In this document: positions 1 to 8,322 of the stretch, piece by piece
Layout: each line of letters opens with the position of its first letter
Position numbering within the stretch: the first letter of the stretch is position 1
Source of the DNA: an uncultured Methylomirabilota bacterium
GTDB taxonomy: Bacteria > Methylomirabilota > Methylomirabilia > Methylomirabilales > 2-02-FULL-66-22
Assembly: GCA_963705305.1 (NCBI GenBank)
Contig: OY970067.1
Span: forward strand, 4,896,001-4,960,000
DNA: 64,000 nt
Direction: 5' to 3'
Notes under the pieces: generated by a model
The model's database searches: none
The model's input: only the letters and a program-made list of their open reading frames with translations
Told to the model about the DNA's origin: nothing
Position numbers and translations under genes: made by a program

Positions 1-1361
1 AGCCGGGAGGCGACGTTCACCTCATCGCCCAGCAGCGTATAGTCAAATCGTGTCCGCGACCCCACATTTCCCACGATCGCCACGCCGGTGTTCACCCCGA
101 TCCCGACCTCAAGTCGCGGGAAACCCTCCGTTGCCCCTTTGTCGTTGAGGTCGGAGAGGCGCTTCATCATCTTCACCGCTGTTGTGACTGCCCGATCTGC
201 CTTATCCAATTGATCCATTGGAGCCCCCCAGAAGGCCATGATCGCATCCCCGATGAATTTATCAACCACCCCGTCGGTCGCGAGGATTTCTGTCGTCATC
301 TCCGTGAAGTACTTCTGCAGCAGTTCGGTCAACCGCTTCGGTGGCAGCCGCTCGCTGAGGCTCGTAAACGATCGGATATCCGCGAAGAGAATGGAGACCT
401 CCCGTCTCTCGCCGCCCAGTCCTATCCGCTGGGGGTCCTTCAGGATGGCCTCCATCACCTGCGGGGAAAAGTACCCCTGGATTCTCTGCTTGAAGGCGTT
501 CTTTTCTTCTTCTGTTTTCTTCCAGCCGTACACGACTTGGAACAGGAAGAAGGACCAAGTGAGCCCCGTCACGATAAGAATCAGCAAGAGTTGATTCCTG
601 ATGATTCCCTCTTCCAATTGGATGTCTTTGGGAATGATGACCAACCCCATTTGTTTGCCAGAAGCATTGAATATGGGATCGTACAGCACCTTATAGCGCC
701 GACCATCGCCGGCCTGCATCAGTCGGGTCGTCGGTTTGGGGTAGTCGAAAATACTCTGGTCGGTTCGGACCGGCAGCACGCCAATTCCGGCCTTCAGGTT
801 GTAGAACAGGTCGATGACGGCGTAGCTGATGTTCTCCGTCGTGTCCCGGGGTTCCACCCTGCAAGCGGTTTCTAGGGATGGGCCGAATTTGGGGACGTTC
901 GCCCGCAGCTCTCGGTCGGCCGATGCCGTATCTACGGGATTGTCCACTCCCAGGATCACATAGCCATCCGTTAATCTCTTGACATAAATCCGCCACATGC
1001 CGGCGGCTGTCCTGACGGTCTCCGGTTGATCGCTGGTGATGGATCTCACTAGCCGAACCTGTCTGACCAAGCCTGGAACAAAACCATATATGTCAATAAA
1101 GTCGGCGTCTGTCAGCACGATGTAGCGGGGCACCTTGGGAGCAATTTGGTCATACCGCCGGACATCCCATTTGATCTGGGGGCCGAGTTCGTGCGACATC
1201 TCAGCTCCCCAATTCTTCAATTCGGCGTCGATTTTCTCGTTGAGCTGACGCTTGCCAAGGAAGAACTGGGCAAACGCACTAATCGTGAAGAACAGGCAGC
1301 ACAGGAGTGCAATCCACCGCATCTTCAACCAGACCGATTTGGAGAAAAGACGCACGGCCAT
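1..1361 (-). CDS. Membrane-bound class III adenylate/guanylate cyclase (partial, runs off the left edge)
   Basis: Not in the ORF track; translated by hand. ATG at 1361 follows AGGAG. Two hydrophobic segments flank an extracytoplasmic domain, then VSILFADIRSFTSLSE, VDKFIGDAIMAFWGAP, GIGVNTG and GNVGSRTRFDYTLLGDEVNVASRL. Confidence 0.92.
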   Translation of the reverse strand, partial: MAVRLFSKSVWLKMRWIALLCCLFFTISAFAQFFLGKRQLNEKIDAELKNWGAEMSHELGPQIKWDVRRYDQIAPKVPRYIVLTDADFIDIYGFVPGLVRQVRLVRSITSDQPETVRTAAGMWRIYVKRLTDGYVILGVDNPVDTASADRELRANVPKFGPSLETACRVEPRDTTENISYAVIDLFYNLKAGIGVLPVRTDQSIFDYPKPTTRLMQAGDGRRYKVLYDPIFNASGKQMGLVIIPKDIQLEEGIIRNQLLLILIVTGLTWSFFLFQVVYGWKKTEEEKNAFKQRIQGYFSPQVMEAILKDPQRIGLGGERREVSILFADIRSFTSLSERLPPKRLTELLQKYFTEMTTEILATDGVVDKFIGDAIMAFWGAPMDQLDKADRAVTTAVKMMKRLSDLNDKGATEGFPRLEVGIGVNTGVAIVGNVGSRTRFDYTLLGDEVNVASR

Positions 1362-1714
1362 CGTCTGGCTCCTGACGAAGGACCCCCGAATCCGATAGTC
1401 CCGATTCAATTCCTCGGCCACAACTCCGATGCCACCGCCTCCTTCAGTGCCTTGCCATCGAACTGCGGCAGCAAATTAGCCCCGTCAAACCCTCCATCTC
1501 TCGGATGCTCAAGGCATGGGTGGCCAGGAACGCGTCACTGGCCTTGGCACTGATCTTCTGGGCCGTGCCCCCCGCGGTGCCCGGCGGGGGAGGCAGCCCC
1601 TCCACGAGATTCGGGAGATAGACGGACAGGGCTGCGACGATGGCCCCGGAGGCTGGAGAATCCCTTCGGGGACGAGCACGAAAAGGGGAAGCGCCCCATA
1701 CCGTCTTACTCTTT

Positions 1715-2338
1715 TCATTTGCGGTCGGGCTCCTGCGCGCTCGCCGGCACTTGTCTCTTCGCCATATACTCCTTAACGAAGCGGTAGACATCGTCCCACG
1801 TCTTCGCCCGAGGTTCATCGAAGCCCCCATTAGTGGAATTGGCGAAGCAGATCGTGTAGAGGCCACGGCCGCGCAGCAGCTTGAGTGTATCTGGGGAATC
1901 ATCGACATACACATCCGCGCCAACCTGGTCCTTTTCGCGCATAAAGCACAAGTCCCAATACGGGATGGCGTTCTCGTCCAGCCACTCTATGGTCTGTTGT
2001 ATCGCGGTGGCGTGAAAGTGCGAGATGAAAAGCCGGTGAGTGATGATTCTGATACGCACGTCCTCGTCCGAGAGCCTTCTCAGCACCCTTCGAGCGCCTG
2101 GAAACATTGCCTCATTTTTGAAGAGCGCGCGCTGAGTAACCGCCCACCCGTGGAGACTCCGGTACTGATCCCTCCCCTTGATGCCCCACCCTGGCAGCCC
2201 CCAAGATACTTCGGTAGGCAACTCTCCCACTGGACGTTCGAGCCGCTCTGCCGCCATTTCGCGCATCTTGCCGTAGAAATCAGCGACCACACCATCGAGG
2301 TCAACACCAAGTACCAAGGGGTCTGCGGGAAATGTCAT
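1715..2338 (-). CDS. HAD-superfamily 5'(3')-deoxyribonucleotidase-like (NT5C-type) phosphatase
   Basis: HAD motif [14 protein letters not shown] and motif [10 protein letters not shown]; 207 aa; starts 18 bp after the HNH gene stop. Confidence 0.8.
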   Translation of the reverse strand: MTFPADPLVLGVDLDGVVADFYGKMREMAAERLERPVGELPTEVSWGLPGWGIKGRDQYRSLHGWAVTQRALFKNEAMFPGARRVLRRLSDEDVRIRIITHRLFISHFHATAIQQTIEWLDENAIPYWDLCFMREKDQVGADVYVDDSPDTLKLLRGRGLYTICFANSTNGGFDEPRAKTWDDVYRFVKEYMAKRQVPASAQEPDRK

Positions 2339-2356
2339 CGCTGGTCTCCCTTTGTC

Positions 2357-3283
2357 TCAGGCCGCCCTCTGGAACAGTACGAACCGCTCCTCCAGGAACT
2401 CTCGCCTCGGCCGCAACCGCTCCGCATGCGGCACGACAATCCGGCTCCCTTGCAGCTCCTGCAGCCCGTACTTAAGCATCGGCCCATCCACTTCCTTCAA
2501 GATGTCCAACCTGACCTCTACCGCAAGATCGGGCCGCACCCCGAGGATGTGCCGGTCGAAGGCGGCATGGTGGAGCTTGCACAGAGCAAGGCCATTCGGA
2601 ACAACCGGCTCCCCCTTGGGGTGGCCATCGGGGAGGATATGGGCGGCCTCCAGGAGTTCGGCGTGGCGAAGGCGACACATGGCACACTGGGTCTGGTAGG
2701 CCTGGAGGACCCGCTGCCGGAAGCTCTCCTGGTGGAGCCGGCGCTGGATAAGGGTAGTGATGTATTGTCGGCGGGCCTCGACGGTGGCCCCCGCCACCTC
2801 CTGGTCGAGGGTGGCGTGCTTGGCATCATCCACAGCCACGCTGAAGAAGAGGTGGGCGGGATCGTCGCCCACGATATAGACAGGCCAGACAGGGAGATGC
2901 TGGCCGGGGACTACTCCGAAGAGGTAGACCAGGGGCACGCGGCAGTGCATGGCCAGCCGGAGACCAGCGTTGTCACGGTGGGAGGGGTCGGTGCCTCGAT
3001 AGCGGTAGAGGAGGAGGCCTCCTGGCCCAACCCCGTCCTCGTAGGGGCGGGGCTTCCCCTCCACGATTGGTGCAGTGGCGATGCTGAGCGGCATCACAGG
3101 GAGGAGACCCGGCTTGAAGATGCCCTGGGGACCGATCGGGGGGATGCGGGTGCCGTCGAAGGTGAACCCGCTGGCCAGGGTGGTACGGGGAAGCACCTCC
3201 CCGTGCAGCCGGGTCTGTTCCGTGAGGAAGCCGAAGGCCGCCAGCCGGACGCGTTGGTCCAGATCAACCGCGGTTCCGTCCAC
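2357..3283 (-). CDS. HNH endonuclease (predicted restriction-endonuclease type) with N-terminal putative SRA/PUA-like domain
   Basis: C-terminal FRQRVLQAYQTQCAMC...LEAAHILP...NGLALCKLHHAAFD. GTG start at 3283 after GGAGGAG...GGA. The N-terminal domain assignment is inference. Confidence 0.85.
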   Translation of the reverse strand: MDGTAVDLDQRVRLAAFGFLTEQTRLHGEVLPRTTLASGFTFDGTRIPPIGPQGIFKPGLLPVMPLSIATAPIVEGKPRPYEDGVGPGGLLLYRYRGTDPSHRDNAGLRLAMHCRVPLVYLFGVVPGQHLPVWPVYIVGDDPAHLFFSVAVDDAKHATLDQEVAGATVEARRQYITTLIQRRLHQESFRQRVLQAYQTQCAMCRLRHAELLEAAHILPDGHPKGEPVVPNGLALCKLHHAAFDRHILGVRPDLAVEVRLDILKEVDGPMLKYGLQELQGSRIVVPHAERLRPRREFLEERFVLFQRAA

Positions 3284-3664
3284 TCCGGCTCCTCCGCTGT
3301 GGCGGCGATCGCTGCCGCGTTGGCCGAGGCAAGAAGTGTGCGGGCCAGAGAGAGCCCGGGAGACGCGTCGGCTGGGATGGTGAAGCCGCCCTTTGGGAGA
3401 TGATGGAATCGGGTGGCTGAGGGGGAGCGTACTCCTCGCCGGGGGGTCAGTCAAGAATCAAGACGGGGTAGGAATGGATCCTGGCATCTTGCTCTGGCCT
3501 CTGTCCTTTCTATGAATCATAACCATTCAGAATCACTGGAACCAGCCTAGGCTTTCTGCTATGCTACGCCGTCTTTGGGACCATCCAATCTAATTGGCGG
3601 TGACACACGGTGTGCTGTGACCCGCCCCCCCACGCCCTCTTTGCTGGAGGGAGGAGAGGAACCA

Positions 3665-3919
3665 ATGCCAACTGAGCTCACCACCACCCTACGGAAGGCC
3701 TTGGCCGAGCTACAGGCAGAGCAGGCACGGCTGGACCGGCAGATTGTGGCGGTCCGGCAGATTCTCGCGGGAGATAAGCGCAGGCAAGTTCGGCGTGCCC
3801 CCGTGAAGCAGCGGGCCAAGGGACGGAAGCCGATGAGCGCTAAGGCCCGGAAGGCGCTGAGCCGGCGGATGAAGGCGTTCTGGGCGAAGCGGCGGGCGGC
3901 GAAGGCCAAGGCATCCTGA
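3665..3919 (+). CDS. Small very basic protein (coiled coil plus Lys/Arg/Ala-rich tail), possible nucleoid-associated protein
   Basis: Strong RBS GGAGGGAGGAGAGG; 84 aa; heptad-like LRKALAELQAEQARLDRQI followed by MSAKARKALSRRMKAFWAKRRAAK. Confidence 0.7.
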   Translation: MPTELTTTLRKALAELQAEQARLDRQIVAVRQILAGDKRRQVRRAPVKQRAKGRKPMSAKARKALSRRMKAFWAKRRAAKAKAS

Positions 3920-4171
3920 ACGTAGGGGGGGCAGCGGCACCTCCCGCTCTCTTCGCGTAGGAGCCCCTCGTCCCAGATCGCTAAAATCCCGATTGGTCGT
4001 GCGGCTTTGATCCTGACTCCTCATCCGCCCAGTTCTTCCGAGGGGTTGCTCATACTTTTCTGCTGGTACATTCTACCTGGGTTGCTCTCGCGGTCGTCGC
4101 ATGCGACGAATCAACTCCAGTATGCTGAGACAGCACTTGTTGAATACTCGCTGAATGCCTCAAAATACTTC

Positions 4172-4199
4172 TTGACAAATAAAGAGGCCAGCGCAGAAT
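4172..4199 (+). promoter_or_regulatory. Candidate sigma70 promoter of the hxs operon
   Basis: TTGACA (4172-4177), 16 bp, CAGAAT, about 50 bp before the hxsA ATG; AT-rich context. Confidence 0.45.
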
Positions 4200-4250
4200 T
4201 AATGGCACGCTGATGTATCCCTACCTTTCGAATGCGCCAGGAGGGGAGCC

Positions 4251-4562
4251 ATGGCAATCATTCCAAAGGTGAACAAGGGGCTCGGTTCTGGTCTCACCAG
4301 ATCCGAGAAGATCCGAAAGACCATCCTCGGCGTCGCTCTCGCAGTCGGCGCGGGAGCCACCGCGCTGGCTGCTTTCCCTGCGACCGCCGCCGCCAACGTT
4401 CCTAGTGTTGGCCCCCCAAGCGTGGACCGGGGGGCCCTTGTGCTCAGCCAGCCATCCGCGCAATCGGCCCAGGGACAGGTGGCTCAGGCCACTGACCACT
4501 ACTCCCACGCGTCTCACGAGTCACATGCGTCTCACTCTTCGCACTATTCGAGCAGCTATTAG
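4251..4562 (+). CDS. hxsA: His-Xaa-Ser repeat precursor peptide
   Basis: RBS AGGAGGGGAG; C-terminus HYS-HAS-HES-HAS-HSS-HYS-SSY; first gene before hxsD and two radical SAM genes. Confidence 0.9.
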   Translation: MAIIPKVNKGLGSGLTRSEKIRKTILGVALAVGAGATALAAFPATAAANVPSVGPPSVDRGALVLSQPSAQSAQGQVAQATDHYSHASHESHASHSSHYSSSY

Positions 4563-4570
4563 GAAGACAG

Positions 4571-5038
4571 GTGGACGGTCCCGAAGGAAGGAGGGCTGAC
4601 ACCGCTCTCCAGTCTGGAACAGATGAATTAGGGGTCTACGCGTGGGTCAGCGTAGACCCCTCATTGTTTAGTCAGACCGTAGTCTTCAAGACGGCGTACT
4701 GGTTCTCAGAGCGCTTCTACCTTTACCTCTCCAAGGCGCCCGACGGGCGGCTCCTCGTGGAACTCCGCCATAAGACCACTGGCACCGCGGAAGAACTCAC
4801 CGTCGCCTGCCGTGAGTTCTGCAACAGTTTGCTCGACCACGCCGTGCGGCAGCAGGTTCTCCAGGAAACCTCTGCCACCCGCGACGCGCTGATTCGCAAG
4901 GCATTCTTTGATGTGCGAAGTCCGGACGCGGCCCGCCAGGTCCAGGCGAATGAAGGGTCGGTGCCACGGGAGGGGCAGAGCTACCGGGAAGATCCCCTCG
5001 GGATCGGAATGCGACCACAACAGGCAACCGACCAATGA
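4571..5038 (+). CDS. hxsD: His-Xaa-Ser system protein HxsD
   Basis: VFKTAYWFSERFYL...EFCNSLLDHAVRQQVLQETSATRDALIRKAF matches the recalled HxsD pattern; GTG start 8 bp after hxsA. Confidence 0.85.
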   Translation: MDGPEGRRADTALQSGTDELGVYAWVSVDPSLFSQTVVFKTAYWFSERFYLYLSKAPDGRLLVELRHKTTGTAEELTVACREFCNSLLDHAVRQQVLQETSATRDALIRKAFFDVRSPDAARQVQANEGSVPREGQSYREDPLGIGMRPQQATDQ

Positions 5039-5274
5039 GATTTGCCCGAACCATCGACACCACGATCTATCCTCGGGGGGCGCTGGCCGACATGCGACAG
5101 GCGTATCGCGACTTCTGCTCCATCTCCGTCACGCCCGGCAATATCCCCGACCTCGTTGATCTCACCATCGACGTTCGAGAACAGTACGAATCCAACGGGC
5201 GCCAGATCGTGCTCGAAGCGTGGAACTATCTGCTGGATCGCGCCTGTCAGATCCACTTCGAGCACCCCACGTAG
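5035..5274 (+). CDS. HxsD-like small protein
   Basis: ATGA overlap with hxsD; 79 aa; IDTTIYP...AYRDF...IVLEAWNYLL parallels the N-terminal half of HxsD. Confidence 0.7.
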   Translation: MRFARTIDTTIYPRGALADMRQAYRDFCSISVTPGNIPDLVDLTIDVREQYESNGRQIVLEAWNYLLDRACQIHFEHPT

Positions 5275-5308
5275 CCCCACGGGGGCAGCACCGAGTCCCG
5301 ATCCGCTC

Positions 5309-6838
5309 ATGGACATGCACGCGGCCCATCCGTTCTGCTCGCCCTCGGAGGGAGCGTCAAGCTCTTCATCGTACCGCCTGCTTCCCTTCACCTTCGAGCG
5401 CTGGTCGCCAGGGGAATACCTGCTGGTCAACGAGGCGGGGGAGTTCCTGCGCTGCCCGTCCGAGGGGTTCTTGGCCTTCGTGGGGCATGCCTTGCCGGCC
5501 ACCGACACCCTGTACCTGGATCTGAAGGCCAAGCACTTCCTGGCGGACGGTGTCTCGTCGGCCTGCCTCGATATGCTCGCCGCGAAGTACCGCGCGAAGA
5601 AAGGCTTCATCGAGGGATTCACCAAGCTCCACATGCTCGTCCCGACCATTCGCTGCAATAACGCCTGTTCCTACTGCCAGGTCTCGCGGCGGGACCGGGA
5701 CACCTCCCCGGCCTCCGACATGACGGAGGCGATCCTGCATCGATCGGTCGATCTGATGCTGACCTCCCCGAGCCCCCATCTCACGATGGAGTTCCAGGGG
5801 GGCGAACCGCTCCTCCGGTTCGATCTGGTCAAGGAGGCCGTAGAATATGCCAAGGAGCGCAACGTCTCAGGGAGGAAGCAGATCACCATGGTGGTCTGCA
5901 CCAACCTCACGTTGCTGGAAGACGAGCATCTCAACTTCTTCCGCCAGCACGGCGTCCTGATTTCCACCTCGGTCGATGGGCCGGCCTTCCTCCACGAGTT
6001 GAACCGACCTCCCCGGTCACCCGCGTCCGGTTACGCGACGGTGGAGCGCAACATCCGCCGCGCTCAGGAGGCACTCGGGCGTGAGGCCGTCTCGGCCCTC
6101 ATGACCACCACCCGCGCAAGCTTGAAGTTCCCGCGGGAGATTGTCGATGAGTATCTCCGGCTAGACCTGGGGTCCCTATTCGTCCGAGAGCTCAACCCGT
6201 ACGGGTACGCGGTTCGAGCGGCAGCCCAAATTGGCTACACCCCGGAGGAGTTCTTCCGCTTCTACACGAATGTCCTGGACTACATCCTGGACATCAACCG
6301 GCGGGGGCGCACCTTTGCCGAGAGTTACGCGGGACTCGTCCTCCGGAAGATACTCACCCCCTGGTCCGTGGGCTTCGTGGACCTCCAGTCGCCAGCCGCC
6401 GCCGGCATCGGGGCTGTTTTGTATAACTTCGACGGCAACGTCTACCCCTCGGACGAGGCGCGCATGCTCGCCGAGGCGGGAGACTGCACCTTCCGCTTGG
6501 GGAATGTCCTGGAAGGCGACTTTGCCGCGATCTTCTTGGGCGAGACCATGGAGGCGATGGTGCCGGCCGCCTGCAACGAATCGCTGGCTGGCTGCTCCGA
6601 GTGCGCCTACCGCGTCTATTGCGGGGCGGACCCCGTCCGCCATTACGCCACCCAGCGGGACCTCTTCGGGAACCGACCGGCGAGCGGGTTTTGCAAGAAG
6701 AATAGGGCCATCATCCGGCACCTGTTCGAGCTGGTGTTCGCCGCCGAGAAGGATCAGGACTTGGAGCGGATCCTGTGGAGCTGGATCTCCCGGGAAGACC
6801 AGTCGCGCCTCAAGATCCCGGAGGTGTGCCTCCCATGA
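5309..6838 (+). CDS. hxsB: His-Xaa-Ser system radical SAM/SPASM maturase HxsB
   Basis: YRLLPFTFER N-terminus, CNNACSYC, EFQGGEPLL, VYPSDEARML and SPASM-type CSECAYRVYCGADP...FC. Start at 5309 or 5315. Confidence 0.9.
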   Translation: MDMHAAHPFCSPSEGASSSSSYRLLPFTFERWSPGEYLLVNEAGEFLRCPSEGFLAFVGHALPATDTLYLDLKAKHFLADGVSSACLDMLAAKYRAKKGFIEGFTKLHMLVPTIRCNNACSYCQVSRRDRDTSPASDMTEAILHRSVDLMLTSPSPHLTMEFQGGEPLLRFDLVKEAVEYAKERNVSGRKQITMVVCTNLTLLEDEHLNFFRQHGVLISTSVDGPAFLHELNRPPRSPASGYATVERNIRRAQEALGREAVSALMTTTRASLKFPREIVDEYLRLDLGSLFVRELNPYGYAVRAAAQIGYTPEEFFRFYTNVLDYILDINRRGRTFAESYAGLVLRKILTPWSVGFVDLQSPAAAGIGAVLYNFDGNVYPSDEARMLAEAGDCTFRLGNVLEGDFAAIFLGETMEAMVPAACNESLAGCSECAYRVYCGADPVRHYATQRDLFGNRPASGFCKKNRAIIRHLFELVFAAEKDQDLERILWSWISREDQSRLKIPEVCLP

Positions 6839-8031
6839 AGCTCTCGGCAATCGGCACCCCTCGCGGCTTGACCGCCAGTCCGATCGCGCGAGTCACCCGG
6901 AGGTCCCACGATCCGGCCGAGCGTTCCCTGTACTATCGCGTCCTGGAGGACGGGACCGCGCCCGGCTCTCCAGAGGAGATTCAGGGGTACCTCGGCGTGC
7001 TGGTCGCCGCGAACGCGCCCCCCTGGGTCCCCCCGAGAGATGTGCCGGTCATCTCCGGCTTCCGGGATCTGTCCTTCCTTGAGGAGGACGCCATTGTCAA
7101 GATCGGGGCCTCCACGGGACGGCTCAGAGTGCTCTACCGCCCCAGCTCGGCCCATAATGCGCTCTTGGTGACCTCGGCCTGCAATAACCGGTGCATCATG
7201 TGCTCCCAGCCCCCCACGAAAGAGCCCGACGATCCCCTCGACGAGCAGTTGCGGGTCATCGACCTCATCTCGGGCCAGCCCGAGTCCCTTGCCATCACCG
7301 GGGGGGAGCCGACCCTCCTCAAGGAGGGGCTGTTCACGCTTCTGGCGCGTCTCCGAGACCGCCTCCCGCATACCGCAGTCCACCTCCTCACCAATGGACG
7401 CCTGTACGCCTACGAGGACTACGTCCGGCATCTCTCGGAGATCGCACATCCCCACTTTACCTCCGCCATCCCCCTCTACGCCGATGTCGCCCCCCTGCAT
7501 GATGCCATCGTGGGTGCTCCCGGGGCGTTCGATCAGGCCGTCCATGGCCTCTACAATGCCGCCAAGTACGCCCTGAGCTTGGAAATTCGGGTGGTCTTGC
7601 AGCGCCCAACGATCCGGCGGCTGCCCCAGCTGGCGGAATTCATCTACCGGAACTTTCCCTTTGTGAATCACATCGCCTTCATGGGCTTGGAAAACATGGG
7701 GTATGCCGTCAAGAACTGGGACACGCTGTGGGTGGACCCCGTCGAATATGCGCCCACCCTCGAAGCGTGCGTACGGTCCCTCTTTGTCCGCCGGATGAGT
7801 GTGTCCCTCTACAACCTGCAGCTCTGCACCCTGCCCAGATCGCTCTGGTGGTTCGCGAGAAAGAGCATCTCGGAATACAAGAGCATTTACGTCGAGGAGT
7901 GCGTGGCTTGCGGCGCCAAAGACTTGTGTGGCGGCCTCTTCGCTTCCACAAAGCGGAGGCACAGCGCATTCCTGCATCCCATCCGGCGGAGTTCTGCGGG
8001 TCCACCCCTGCTTTCGCCTCGCCTGGCTTGA
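6835..8031 (+). CDS. hxsC: His-Xaa-Ser system radical SAM maturase HxsC
   Basis: ATGA overlap with hxsB; HNALLVTSACNNRCIMCSQPP, ITGGEPTL, LLTNGR, C-terminal ECVACGAKDLCGG. Confidence 0.9.
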   Translation: MKLSAIGTPRGLTASPIARVTRRSHDPAERSLYYRVLEDGTAPGSPEEIQGYLGVLVAANAPPWVPPRDVPVISGFRDLSFLEEDAIVKIGASTGRLRVLYRPSSAHNALLVTSACNNRCIMCSQPPTKEPDDPLDEQLRVIDLISGQPESLAITGGEPTLLKEGLFTLLARLRDRLPHTAVHLLTNGRLYAYEDYVRHLSEIAHPHFTSAIPLYADVAPLHDAIVGAPGAFDQAVHGLYNAAKYALSLEIRVVLQRPTIRRLPQLAEFIYRNFPFVNHIAFMGLENMGYAVKNWDTLWVDPVEYAPTLEACVRSLFVRRMSVSLYNLQLCTLPRSLWWFARKSISEYKSIYVEECVACGAKDLCGGLFASTKRRHSAFLHPIRRSSAGPPLLSPRLA

Positions 8032-8065
8032 CGACTCCGGTCAAACATCGCTCCTAGGGTGCCCG

Positions 8066-8153
8066 AACTCGCAACAGAAGAGCGAAAGTGGTGCGAGCTG
8101 CCTCCGGCGACGACCCCTAACTCTTTGAAATCCGTAACGAACTGTTGCGAGTT
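8066..8153. repeat. Copy 1 of the CTCGCA-core palindromic site with an accessory half-site
   Basis: AACTCGCAACA-12bp-TGGTGCGAGCT, then TGTTGCGAGTT 54 bp further on. Confidence 0.75.
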
Positions 8154-8322
8154 TGTGAGATGGTTCGTCGCGAAGGAGGGGGGTCCTTGTCCTGGGGTCT
8201 TCCCCTAGCCCCACAAGGTAATCCACCCCAGGTCCTGAGCGAGGGGTGGCAGCCGCACGGCACCCAGATCCTGCCCCGCGGTGCCATAGAGTACCGTCTC
8301 TCGGCTCCCGAAGCCCATCCCT

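Noticed and set aside
1..1361. Pycsar-like pyrimidine cyclase
   Set aside because: It has a two-TM receptor architecture and Lys/Asp-type ATP-specifying motifs typical of ordinary adenylate cyclases; the downstream context is outside the window.
1444..1718. Short ORFs between the nucleotidase and cyclase genes (1509-1718 is ATGA-coupled and in the cyclase frame)
   Set aside because: Several stops separate it from the cyclase and there is no recognisable motif, so it cannot be supported as a gene.
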